From the IMG/VR virus record IMGVR_UViG_3300011438_000001: a stretch of 64,000 nucleotides of DNA. One strand, written 5' to 3'. Positions 28,208-38,500 of this stretch are shown piece by piece; position 1 is the stretch's first letter; each line of letters starts with the position of its first letter. The notes below the pieces were generated by a model that was not told the DNA's origin, made no database searches, and saw nothing but the letters and a program-made list of their open reading frames with translations. This DNA is from an uncultured virus (IMG/VR IMGVR_UViG_3300011438_000001) (taxonomy: Duplodnaviria > Heunggongvirae > Uroviricota > Caudoviricetes). Both the position numbers and the translations under genes were made by a program.

Positions 28208-29992
28208 TTAGACGACTGGTGGCGGCAATGTCAAGAGGGGATCTTCACCGGGCTTTGGCGCCCCAGGGACATCGGCAATGGCAACGTCTATGACGTAGTC
28301 TACGTCTACGCCGGCGCCATCGGCATCATCCTCATCGTCATCCACCTCCCTAGCCGCCTCATCGACCACCGCGGGGAGCAGATGGGGCCAGATAGCCCAT
28401 CCTCGCGCCCTGGGAGCCTCTCTGGGCTCGTTGCTTGGCCTGGGGCGCACGATGACGAACGCCGCTGGCGCGTTCGCCTTGAGCCATTTGGTGAGGAATG
28501 CCATGGATTGTGGCGCCCGCCGGTTCTCCTTGCACCACTTGAGGTAGAAATCGTAGACCCAGACTTTGTCTTTGAACCAGGAGGCATGCCAGCCAGGATG
28601 GGTGACATGGGATTTCTGTGGTTGGGGCTCCTCGACCTCCAGATGCCGGCAGATCTGGGTGATCATGTCGTGGTGGACGTCGCGGAGCTGGCGGAATTCG
28701 GTGCTGGCGGAGGCGATGGAGGCGGGAGAGGAGAATTTACGGGCGAATTGGAGCTGGCGGAGGGCTTGGACGCCGCGGATCAATGCTCCAGAACGGGATT
28801 GGGGCGTTAGGAGCCGCTCGAGGATGGAAGATTGGGCGCCGGCGGCGCGGGGGAGGGGGGAATGTGCGCCATTTGCCCCGTTTTTGGCCCCATTTTGCGC
28901 GCCGCCGTCGGAAACGGGCTTGAAATTGGCCAAAAACGGGACAATCAGCAGGCGCCGGAAGAATCCATGGGTGACGTCCTTGGAATCGGGCAATTCGTTG
29001 CCGCTGAGGAGCAATCTGCAGAACGGTTTGAAGTCGAAAGCCTTCTCGCCTTTGTTTTCGGCGCGGATTCCATCGCCACCCGTGATCTTTTTCAAGGGCG
29101 CAACCGACTTCCACCGGCCGATCTCCACGTCGGTGTCAACGTTCAGCAATTTTCCTTCAAGTCCAGCTGCCGCAAAGCGATTCTCGGAGATGTCGGGAAC
29201 GGAAATTCTTGAAACGTTGCTGTTGCCAAGCAGCCCGCAGAGGGCTTCTATGAACGTCGACTTTCCATTGCTCCCTGAACCGCTAAGGAATGGAATTTCT
29301 TGAATATCCGGGTTTGGGACCAGACATGAGCCGATGATTTCGTAAGCAAATTGGACGGCATCGGCCGGGAAGAGCGAGAGGATGAAGTTGTCCCATTCGA
29401 CCGTTGGGGCAGATGGATCCCATTGAATTGGCAGCTGGATGGTGGAGAGCCATCCAGGTGAATGGTCGAGCATCATCAGGGATCGCAGGTCTAAAATTCC
29501 ATTCTCGAGGTTGATCAGGTGGGAGGGGGGCGCCGGCCAGAGCATTGGCTGGCCGATCTGCAGGTAGGAAACCAAACGGTTGGCTTGGTCAGGTCTCCAC
29601 AATTCTGAGAGCCTGTGCTGGACCAGGAAGCTCTTGAACCAGCCGTGGATCCATTGGGCGGCTTTTGGGACATATCGCCCCTGCTCATAGCGGAAGAGCT
29701 GGTCGTCGGGGCCGATTGCGAAATGTTGCTCGCGAGCAAGAATCCCCGCGGCATGAGCAAAGATCGCATTCGCTTGCGACGGACCTTTGTCTTGTGTAGA
29801 TCGCTTGGCCGGTTTTGTCTCAACCGCCTTCTCGACTGTCGGTTTTGCCTCAACCGCCGGTGTCGTCACGACCACGGTCGTTACTTCTATTTCATCCACT
29901 GGTCTGATCGGTAATGCTGCCACCTTAGCTCCCGTTTCCCCTTGTTCCCCAATCACTTCTGCTCCTGTTGCCCTCTTCCCTTGAGGGAGCAA
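28208..29992 (-). CDS. D5/P4-family SF3 helicase (phage/plasmid primase C-terminal domain), no primase domain evident
   Basis: LINLENGILDL, GSGSNGKSTF, LKKITGGD, SGNELP, GFFRRLLIVPF. Confidence 0.88.
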   Translation of the reverse strand: MLPQGKRATGAEVIGEQGETGAKVAALPIRPVDEIEVTTVVVTTPAVEAKPTVEKAVETKPAKRSTQDKGPSQANAIFAHAAGILAREQHFAIGPDDQLFRYEQGRYVPKAAQWIHGWFKSFLVQHRLSELWRPDQANRLVSYLQIGQPMLWPAPPSHLINLENGILDLRSLMMLDHSPGWLSTIQLPIQWDPSAPTVEWDNFILSLFPADAVQFAYEIIGSCLVPNPDIQEIPFLSGSGSNGKSTFIEALCGLLGNSNVSRISVPDISENRFAAAGLEGKLLNVDTDVEIGRWKSVAPLKKITGGDGIRAENKGEKAFDFKPFCRLLLSGNELPDSKDVTHGFFRRLLIVPFLANFKPVSDGGAQNGAKNGANGAHSPLPRAAGAQSSILERLLTPQSRSGALIRGVQALRQLQFARKFSSPASIASASTEFRQLRDVHHDMITQICRHLEVEEPQPQKSHVTHPGWHASWFKDKVWVYDFYLKWCKENRRAPQSMAFLTKWLKANAPAAFVIVRPRPSNEPREAPRARGWAIWPHLLPAVVDEAAREVDDDEDDADGAGVDVDYVIDVAIADVPGAPKPGEDPLLTLPPPVV

Positions 29993-30029
29993 TCATGATA
30001 GGCTAGCGGGCTAGAGGTTGTTGCGGCCG

Positions 30030-30089
30030 CTTGCCAGAACTGACATGATCGCAGACCTGATGATATGCCATCTTGCGAAATCCAGCAAG
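30030..30089 (-). promoter_or_regulatory. operator CTTGCCAGAACTGACATG (30030-30047) and leftward promoter TTGCTG-17-TATCAT
   Basis: read directly at the divergence between the replication and late arms. Confidence 0.5.
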
Positions 30090-30145
30090 CCTTTTTGCCG
30101 CTTTCCGTAAAATTGCCGACATGGTATCGTAACGCCAGAAGGGGA

Positions 30146-30883
30146 ATGAAGTCTATGAAGAATCGCTTGTTGCACTTTGGGACGCTCGGGGGATCGTTAG
30201 TCCTGGTCATCCTGGCCGGCGCCACAATAGGCTGGCGGGCCGCGGAGTGGATCTCCCTTCCAATCCCTGTTGTGCAAGCCCAGGAGTCGTTGCAGTATCT
30301 CCCCGACGGTCCATCCCGCTATGCCTACGACGACCGGTTCTTTTACGATGGGTCGTCGCAGCTGGAATATGAATGCATCGCCCCGTCTTCCGGAAACTAC
30401 CTGACCGTATTTGGCCGGCCGGGAGCCACATCCCAACCAACCTTGCCTGGAGGGGGCGCCGCTCCAACCCTCACCTCCATTACCGTCACGTCCAATGTCG
30501 CGATCGCTATTGTCTCTGGCGGTCATGGGTTTGGGGATGGATCGGTTGGGCATGGTTTAGGAACATTAATTGCCGTGCGGGGGGCAACTGTCTCGCCGGC
30601 GCTCAACTCCGGGGCCAGCTCCTGCCCGGCGTCCACCGGATGCTACAGCATAAGCTCCATCATCTCCGCCGACGCTTTCTCCTTTGCGACCGTAGGCGTT
30701 GCGAATGGTCCTTACACAGAGTCTAGCCTCTATATCTCCACCACCAGCGCCCGCGAAACGCTGGCGATTTGGAGCATTACGAAACACTGGACCGTCGCGG
30801 GGCTGTTTCGACGGAGAGCCCCGGCACAGCAGAATGTCGCGATGAACAAGGTCTGCGCGAACCGGGCGAGTTATTTCCAATAG
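30146..30883 (+). CDS. exported protein with a small beta-barrel (FCCH-like) module
   Basis: N-terminal hydrophobic helix ending VQAQ; ITVTSNVAIA..GHGF..G..IAVRGAT. Confidence 0.6.
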   Translation: MKSMKNRLLHFGTLGGSLVLVILAGATIGWRAAEWISLPIPVVQAQESLQYLPDGPSRYAYDDRFFYDGSSQLEYECIAPSSGNYLTVFGRPGATSQPTLPGGGAAPTLTSITVTSNVAIAIVSGGHGFGDGSVGHGLGTLIAVRGATVSPALNSGASSCPASTGCYSISSIISADAFSFATVGVANGPYTESSLYISTTSARETLAIWSITKHWTVAGLFRRRAPAQQNVAMNKVCANRASYFQ

Positions 30884-30934
30884 GGCTGGGCTAAAGCCCA
30901 CCACCATCCCCATGATCCCCATGAAAAAGGACTT

Positions 30935-31957
30935 ATGAAAATCCTCAAGATCCTCCTAATCCCCCTAGCCATGGGCATGGCTTTTGCCCAACAAAAAACA
31001 GTCGTCGAACCCGACTGCTCCTCTGACTTTGTCTTAGTGGCAGCAGGCTCCTCCCCCACCTTCGACAACAAGCGCATGGGCGCCTGCATGTATTGGGTGG
31101 TGCAATACGAAAACACACCATCCACTGGTGCATTTACTGCCCTGACGATGACCTTCCAATCGGCGCCGGCAACGGGATCGCAAGGTCAGACGGCCGGCAC
31201 CTGGATCACCTTCGCCGGGACCACTCGAGATGGCGCGAATCCAATGACCAGCACGACGTCTACTTATTCAAGCTTCGTCGGCTACAATCCATTTGTTCGC
31301 GTGACTCTAAGTGGAATCACCGGCACCGGCGGGGCGGTTATAGGAAAGATTAGGGGATGGCGCCGCGAATCTGCAGGCGCCTCGGCTGGTGGCGTAGCAG
31401 GCGTCTCTTCCATCAACGGCACGGCTTTGCAAATTGCAGCATCCGCATCAACCGGCGCGGTTGTCTTGAGTATCCCCACAAACCCTACCCTGCCCGGGAC
31501 GACGACCGGAACGTTCTCGGGCAACCTGACCGGCAACGTCACGGGCAACGTCACGGGCGCCGTGACTGGCAATGCTTCAACGGCAACCGCGCTAGCCGCC
31601 AATCCAGCTGATTGCTCCGCCGGCGATGTCGCAATCACCATTGCCGCTTCTGGAGCATTGACCTGCACCCCGCAATATTTTTTTCAAGGGGCCGACACGG
31701 GCGGGGATGACACTTACGTTCTTGCCCCTACAAACTTCCCCGCAGCCTACGTCACCGGACTGATGGTCACGATCCTGGTGACGACAGGAAACACCGGTGG
31801 GGCCACCCTGGATTGCGGCCCTGGTGCAAAAGCCATCAAGCTCCCCGACGGCACCACCGATCCCACGACCGGCGACATCCCCGCTTTGAGCCTTCAACGG
31901 TTTCGTTATGATTCCACGGCCAACGCCGCTGCCGGCGCCTGGATAATGTTTCTCTAA
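30935..31957 (+). CDS. signal-peptide-bearing tail-fibre-like protein
   Basis: MKILKILLIPLAMGMAFA|Q; GNLTGNVTGNVTG..GNASTATALA shaft motif; C-terminal fibre domain. Confidence 0.7.
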   Translation: MKILKILLIPLAMGMAFAQQKTVVEPDCSSDFVLVAAGSSPTFDNKRMGACMYWVVQYENTPSTGAFTALTMTFQSAPATGSQGQTAGTWITFAGTTRDGANPMTSTTSTYSSFVGYNPFVRVTLSGITGTGGAVIGKIRGWRRESAGASAGGVAGVSSINGTALQIAASASTGAVVLSIPTNPTLPGTTTGTFSGNLTGNVTGNVTGAVTGNASTATALAANPADCSAGDVAITIAASGALTCTPQYFFQGADTGGDDTYVLAPTNFPAAYVTGLMVTILVTTGNTGGATLDCGPGAKAIKLPDGTTDPTTGDIPALSLQRFRYDSTANAAAGAWIMFL

Positions 31958-31965
31958 GGAATGTA

Positions 31966-33840
31966 ATGACGATAATCCAACGTCTTCTTTTGCTTCCGCC
32001 CTTGCTCCTGCTCTCCGCGATTCCAATCCTGGCCCAAAATATCTACGTCTACAACCCCTTCACGCGCAAGCTGGACGCCGTCAACCCGGGCGGCGGCACC
32101 CCCATCACCGGCGGCGCCTGCCCCGCTGGTCAATATTCCACCGGCATTCAAGCCCTCGTGGGCGTTCCAACATGCTCTCAAGTGGCATTCACCCAGCTTA
32201 GCGGCTCAGCCACTAAAGCCCAGCAATTCGTCGCGACCGTCTATAACGACCAATCCAATTCCTGGGTCACCGGGACGCAATCCTTCGCCGATGCGATCGC
32301 GATCGTTTTAAAGACCGGCCCAGCCTATGCCCCGACCGTCTCTGGCCATGTCGGCTATGATTCGACGGCCAACGATTACGTCGGCGGGGTCAATGGAACG
32401 TCCTTTAGATTTGCCCGTCGCGCCGCCGGCACTCCTACTGTCGGCCATTGCGTCCAATGGGGCGCTGGCGGAACATTGGACACCGCGGGGGCGATTTGTG
32501 GCTCTGGCGGCGGCGGGGGCGGGATCACGACCCTCAATGGGCTGACTCCGGTGACGCAATTGTTTGCAAAAGTGGACGACACCAACGTCACTTTGAATAT
32601 TGGCTCGGCAACCGCCACGCACACCTTCACCTTGGGCTGGACCGGCCGGCTCTCCGCCGCCCGATCGCATGCCGATGCAGTTTATAATTCGCAGGTCAAT
32701 GCTTACGTTGCCGGGATGAAGCAATCCTTTGCTTCAAATGGCACCAGCGCAGCCCTTCGCCTTGTCCCATTCGCCGGCGCCCCTTCCTCCCTTCAGGAAG
32801 GCGACATGTATTACGACGACGTTTCCCACTCGATGAAGTGCGTCGAGGATGCCGTCCCGACGGCCAAGGATTGCGTCTTTTCTGGAGTGCATGACCCAGG
32901 CGGGAATGGCGTTGTCATCCGCACCTCGCCTACCACCACGACTTTCAATGTCGGGTCGGCCAACAGGATCATGCGCTGGGTGACAACCACGACAGTCGGC
33001 GATTCGAACCTCGGCCAAAATGCCTCGACCGGCGCCCTCGAAAATCTAAAAGGCACCAGCGACCCCGCCACCGTTGTCGCATCCGGCGGCACTCCGGTCT
33101 TCAATCTCTCCACCTCGGATTCCCAAGACCACACCCTGACCTCCAACATCACCTTCACCTTCTCCAATCCGCCCGCGGCCCCGGCCGGCGCCAAGTTCAT
33201 CCGGATGATCTGGCGCCAGAACGGCACCGGCGGCTGGACGATCACTTGTCCTGGAACGGTCTTCAACTGCATCCAACCGGATCCGACGCCAAATGCCGTC
33301 ACCATTCAAATCCTGCAATTTGACGGGACCAATTATGCCGTTATTGCTTCAACGTGCGTTGCTACTTGTGCAAGTGGCTACACCGATTGGTATGGGAAGA
33401 CGACCGGGCATGTCTCGTGGGGGGTCAGGGACGTCACCGGAACGCCGGCGGATGTGGATGTTCCTTCAGCGGATCCTACTGCTGCTGGTTATGTGCTTAA
33501 AGTAACCCAGGCCGGCAGCGGCGCCACGCCTACCCAATTGGGATGGGGGCCGGGGCCGCAGTTCTGCGCCGGCACCGACACCGGCGGGGATGACACTTAT
33601 GTTATTTCTTGCCCCAATTTCCCAGCCGCCTACGCCCTGGATCTAACGATCAGGCTCACCGTTGCCACAGTAAACACTGGTGCGACAACCCTTGATGCCG
33701 GGCTGGGGGCGAAGGCTATCAAATTGGGGGATGGCACGACTGATCCAACTACTGGAGATCTGCCGGCTGGATCCACCAGACTTTTGCGTTACGACCCCGC
33801 GGCCAATTCCGCGGCCGGTGCTTGGCTTTTGAGCTTTTGA
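31966..33840 (+). CDS. signal-peptide-bearing tail-fibre-like protein
   Basis: MTIIQRLLLLPPLLLLSAIPILA|Q; YNPFTRKLD, ITTLNGLT and QNGTGGWTIT fibre motifs; Cys pairs. Confidence 0.7.
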   Translation: MTIIQRLLLLPPLLLLSAIPILAQNIYVYNPFTRKLDAVNPGGGTPITGGACPAGQYSTGIQALVGVPTCSQVAFTQLSGSATKAQQFVATVYNDQSNSWVTGTQSFADAIAIVLKTGPAYAPTVSGHVGYDSTANDYVGGVNGTSFRFARRAAGTPTVGHCVQWGAGGTLDTAGAICGSGGGGGGITTLNGLTPVTQLFAKVDDTNVTLNIGSATATHTFTLGWTGRLSAARSHADAVYNSQVNAYVAGMKQSFASNGTSAALRLVPFAGAPSSLQEGDMYYDDVSHSMKCVEDAVPTAKDCVFSGVHDPGGNGVVIRTSPTTTTFNVGSANRIMRWVTTTTVGDSNLGQNASTGALENLKGTSDPATVVASGGTPVFNLSTSDSQDHTLTSNITFTFSNPPAAPAGAKFIRMIWRQNGTGGWTITCPGTVFNCIQPDPTPNAVTIQILQFDGTNYAVIASTCVATCASGYTDWYGKTTGHVSWGVRDVTGTPADVDVPSADPTAAGYVLKVTQAGSGATPTQLGWGPGPQFCAGTDTGGDDTYVISCPNFPAAYALDLTIRLTVATVNTGATTLDAGLGAKAIKLGDGTTDPTTGDLPAGSTRLLRYDPAANSAAGAWLLSF

Positions 33841-33864
33841 GCTTTTGACATTCTAGAAACGGGA

Positions 33865-34803
33865 ATGAAAATGGGAATGAAAATGAATCTACGACTTATT
33901 CCTTGCCTTCTGATCCTCTGGGCAATGACCTCGCCGGCACTGGCCCAAAAGGCTCGCGTCCAGCGCACCGTCTGGTCTGACGCCACCCAAACGGCCGGCA
34001 CCGGGGACGCCATCACGCTTGCGCCGTCGCCAGCCCTTGCCGCCCTAACTGATCTCGACACGGTCCCGCCAACCCTCACCTGCTTTGTTGCAGAAGCCGT
34101 CAACACCACCACGGTGACGGTGGCGATTAGTGGCCTGACCGCCAAGCCGCTTTACAAAATGAACGGGGCGATCACGACTGCTCTCGCCGCCAACGATCTG
34201 CGCGTCGGCCAAACGGTCTGCTTCGTCCGTTACGTCACCGGCGATGCATTCCAAATGACCACCCAGCTCGGCAACGCGACGGCCGGTGCTTCGACGCCTC
34301 CTCCGATTTACTTTAGGGCTGCTAAGTGCGTCAACGGGTCGGGAGGCCCGGGCATGAACTTGCCGCTCACACTGGCCCCGGCGCCCGATTGCATCCCAGG
34401 CACCAATATCTTGAGTGGTGAACTCACCTTCCCTGATCTGGATGGCGAGTATAGCGTGCAGGATAGCTTCAAGGTTCCGACAGGATCCAGCGGCCCCACG
34501 GCCGTTAACATCAAATGGAGATCCGCCGGCAACAGCGGCAGCGTCGTGTGGCAGATCGCCGGCATTTGTATAGCAGACGACGAAACGATGGATCCGGCGT
34601 TTGCGACGGCGCAAGCCACCACAGATGCCATTAAGGCTACTCCCAATGAGGTAAACGATGCCCAGATTCCTTCACTGACCGTTACGTCATGTGCCGCAGG
34701 TGAGATCTACTTCTTCCGATTCTTCAGGGATAGAAACCATGCCTCGGATTCGATCACCAGCACCACCACCGTGAAGCTGTTGTCGCTAGAGTTTGTCTTC
34801 TAG
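33865..34803 (+). CDS. signal-peptide-bearing fibre/receptor-binding-like protein
   Basis: LIPCLLILWAMTSPALA|Q; N-terminal fibre domain and C-terminal beta-sandwich; start may be 33883. Confidence 0.65.
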   Translation: MKMGMKMNLRLIPCLLILWAMTSPALAQKARVQRTVWSDATQTAGTGDAITLAPSPALAALTDLDTVPPTLTCFVAEAVNTTTVTVAISGLTAKPLYKMNGAITTALAANDLRVGQTVCFVRYVTGDAFQMTTQLGNATAGASTPPPIYFRAAKCVNGSGGPGMNLPLTLAPAPDCIPGTNILSGELTFPDLDGEYSVQDSFKVPTGSSGPTAVNIKWRSAGNSGSVVWQIAGICIADDETMDPAFATAQATTDAIKATPNEVNDAQIPSLTVTSCAAGEIYFFRFFRDRNHASDSITSTTTVKLLSLEFVF

Positions 34804-34814
34804 GAAGGGGGCGC

Positions 34815-35570
34815 ATGTCAATGGGCCAATTAATGTTGAAACAACTTATCGCTGCGGTGCTGTTGATCTGCAACATGAGCACCCCCGCCCACGGTTCCAT
34901 TCAGTTCAACGCCACCGGCGAGCGGTTGTCGGATAGCACTCCAACCAACCTAGACTTAACAGCCTTTACACTGTGCGCCTGGGTTTATGTGGACACGTCA
35001 CCGGCGGTGGCCGGGTACATTTTTAACGTTCAAGTGGGAGCTGGTGGGCACTCGCTGCTCAATATCACATCCACCAATCAAGTGGTTGGAACCAGAACCA
35101 CCAGCAGCACCGCACGCTCTTCCACCTCCACTGGAACATTGACTGCCGCCACTTGGTATTTTGTCTGCTCCACCTATGACGGGGCAGGATCGGCCCCCAA
35201 AGTATTCATCTCCAGCGGCTCTAGCGTCAACACGGTCATGACGGAAGTCTCCTACGCCAGCCAAACAGCCGGCACCGGGACTGATGTCACAACCCCCACC
35301 AACACGCTCATCGGCAATACTTCCGCCTTCAATCGAACCTTCCTTGGGCGGATCGCCGAAGTCTGGGTTTACACGGTGGAGCTGACGACTGCGCAAATGA
35401 ACAGCTTGGCTCGGGGCTACCCAATTGCCGGGGCCGTTTGCCACGTTCCGCTTACAAAGAAAAACACCCCCTCCGCGGATACTAGCGGCTCTGGCAACTC
35501 ATATGCGTGGTCTACCGGCCCCACTTACGGGGAGCATGCGCCGGTTGCGCCAAGCTTTGGCTGGTGGTAG
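34815..35570 (+). CDS. secreted LamG/concanavalin A-like lectin domain protein
   Basis: FTLCAWVY, WYFVCSTYDG, FLGRIAEVWVY..ELT; signal peptide. Confidence 0.8.
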   Translation: MSMGQLMLKQLIAAVLLICNMSTPAHGSIQFNATGERLSDSTPTNLDLTAFTLCAWVYVDTSPAVAGYIFNVQVGAGGHSLLNITSTNQVVGTRTTSSTARSSTSTGTLTAATWYFVCSTYDGAGSAPKVFISSGSSVNTVMTEVSYASQTAGTGTDVTTPTNTLIGNTSAFNRTFLGRIAEVWVYTVELTTAQMNSLARGYPIAGAVCHVPLTKKNTPSADTSGSGNSYAWSTGPTYGEHAPVAPSFGWW

Positions 35571-35596
35571 ATCTCGACAATAGCAAATTGGCAAAC

Positions 35597-38500
35597 ATGA
35601 AAATCCTTCCAGTCCTGGTTCTAATGGCCGTTCCGCTTCCGCTCTCCGCAGTAGATATCTACCTCCGCACTCATGACAACAAAAACTGCCGCGTCATCGG
35701 CGCCACCTTTGCCACTCCCATCGTCGTCACCTGCGCCGCAGCCCACAACATGGCCGCTGGCGACCGTGTCTGGTTCAGCAACATCGCAGGCAACTTCGCC
35801 ACCAACGGCCTGCGTTACGTAGAAATCCCTTCCGCCACGACCTTGCGCCTTTATTCCGACGCTGCCATGACGGTTCCCGTCATAGGAAGCGGCACCTGGA
35901 TCAACGGCAACAACGGCGCAAACGCAGGCGGTTATCAAATCGCCGGCGTAGTCGCGCCCTACACTTTGCAACCCAGCCCGCGCATCAGCTGGAATCCTGC
36001 CGGGGAGATGATTGAATTCGGAGCCTCCGTCGAAAATGGCCTGTTGGTCAACATCTCCGACAGCAGCACAACGGCCACTGCAACCTACAGCCGCGCCCAT
36101 GGGCTCGCCGTCGGCAACCGAATTTGCATCTTCGGCGCCACCGACCCCGACCTGAATTGCTCCAGCACCGCCGGCACCTCCGTCTATTTCACCATCACCG
36201 CAGTCCCATCCCCAACCACCATTCAATGGGTCACCGCATCGGTAACCGACGCCGTCTACAACAACACCAACCTGACCATCTCCTCCTGGGCGCAAGGCGG
36301 CAACCCGGCCTGGATAGCCGTCAACAGCTTCCGGTCCTTCCTGACCGGCGGCTCCCCTCCTGCCTACACTCTTGGCAGGCGGGATTACCAAAAGGAGACT
36401 GCGTCCAGTCTGGCCACCATCTGCTACCTCAACCGTTCCGACACCGAAGCCTGCACCATCGCTGAGCACGCTATCAACAACCCGCAAACCGGCTGGCATA
36501 ACGGCGGATGCGATGAAACCATCGCCAACTGCGGAGACGACGCGGGCGATTACGCCAGCATTGGTGGGGAACACCTTGCCTACATTTATGACTTGATGAA
36601 AAACACCAGCTATCTCGACGCTGGTGAGAAGACCGCCTTTCGCAACGCCATGCTCAACGACCTGGGCGACTCTTGCACCAAGCTCGTCCCGGCCATTGGG
36701 GCCGGTTCTATTTCAGTGGTCGGAAACGAAGCGGTCAATGGTCTCCTGACCGGCACGGGCACCAACTTCCTCACTTCGGTAACGGTGGGATCGATCCTGG
36801 TTGCCCGGTACAATCCCGCCGATCCTATTTCTGCGGCCGAGACGATTCATGTCAACGCGGTGATCGATAATGAGCACCTGACGGTCAACACCTCCACCTC
36901 TGTGCCAAACACGGCTAATCCCATGGGACTTTATTCCATCATCGATCCGCGCACTTCGACCTCCTGCGGCCTCTGGTGGTTTTTGAAGCATCACAACGGC
37001 ACTCCACTCGCTCATCCAATCTACTATCCCCCGGTCGGCGGCTACACCCTTAGCGAGGCAGTTGATCCCATCAACAACATGACCCAGTCGAAGCTGCATA
37101 TCGCGATCCTGTTTGGCCTAGCCATGGCCGATGAGGATCCCCGGGCAGCGATTCTCCTCTCGGACGCCAGCGTCTGGTGGATGGACTACATGCAGCCCAC
37201 TCAGCGCGGCCAATACACGGGCATGACCCAAGGCGGCAATAATTATTACTTTGCCCGTGTGGCTTACATGGCCGTGGATATTCCAACGTTTTGGCGGAAC
37301 GGTTTCGTCGGTGGCCCGGACTGGACTGGCGCCGGTTATATCAAGCCCTTCCAGGACGCATTTAGATTTTTATGGCATCCAAACGCCGCAGTGGGCACGA
37401 GGAATTGGTGCGTCTGGGCATTCGGCGCCGATGCCGACGGAACTGCATGCTGGAACGGCATGGGCGGGCACATGATCAGCTTCCCCGCTAGTTCTAGAAT
37501 TTCTCCAGCGTCGGCAGAGACATCAAAGTTCATGTATTGGTATAACAACGTTGCCGGTTTCAACGCCAGCACCATCAGCGCCGGCAACAGTTACCAAGCC
37601 AACAACATCTTCAAGCGTCAGCCTCCGAATCCCAACGTGGCCACCACCAATTACCTCAGCGACCCCACCCAACGGCTATTTCGTGTGGCGGCATCCGACT
37701 TAACTTGGTGTACGGAAGTGGGCAGCACTATCCCATGCCCGCCAACCGGGTCGTCTGGAATGGCTTATATGTTCAGCCGCTCGGGCTGGACCAGCACAAC
37801 CGACTCCGCGGTTAGTTATTCATCTGCGAGTTTCTATAGCGATCACGACACCCGACGAGCGGGAGATTACTGCATTGTGAAGGGGAATGGACTAATCTGC
37901 GGGGATAGCTATGCGGTCGCGCAATCCCTGGGCAATATGGGCAATAATGCGTCATTTGGCAGGATGAATATGTATTTGTTTGGGGGGCTTACCACCAACC
38001 AGGGGCAGACGGGCGTCATCAACGGCAATGTCCAGGTGCAGCATTACCATGCGCCAATTTTGAGATGGGCCGGCGGGGCAAATAATGATGGCAGGAGCGA
38101 TTCGGCATTTGCTTATGTCCTCTCCAATCTCGCCACCACATGGCAGAGCGGCCTGACCCGTCAGCACCGTGCGTTGCTGCATTACAAACGTTCCGGCAAA
38201 CAAGAGCACGTTATCGTCTGGGATGACGTGCTGCGCACCGCCGCCGGGACGATTGAATATTTCGCCCACTTTGTCCAGGACGGCGAGAGCGGCGAAGGGA
38301 CAACAAGTTGCCCCAGTGGCGACACCACCTGCGCCTCCGTCAACACCTCCAAGCAGGTTAATACTGCCACGGCCGGGTCGGCGCAATCGGTCGTTACCAA
38401 ATTCTTTGCCCCGACCGGCTCGAATATGTTCCTCCAGGTGAACGCCGCGGATGGTTCATATTCCGGCGGTCTCAACCATACCTACCGCGTCACGAGGTGC

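Noticed and set aside
30050..30090. Hammerhead ribozyme (CTGATGA...GAAA)
   Set aside because: No stem II pairing between the core motifs; better explained as a promoter/operator
31660..33840. DGR template/variable repeat pair
   Set aside because: Both copies are coding, differences are not adenine-specific, and there is no reverse transcriptase in the window
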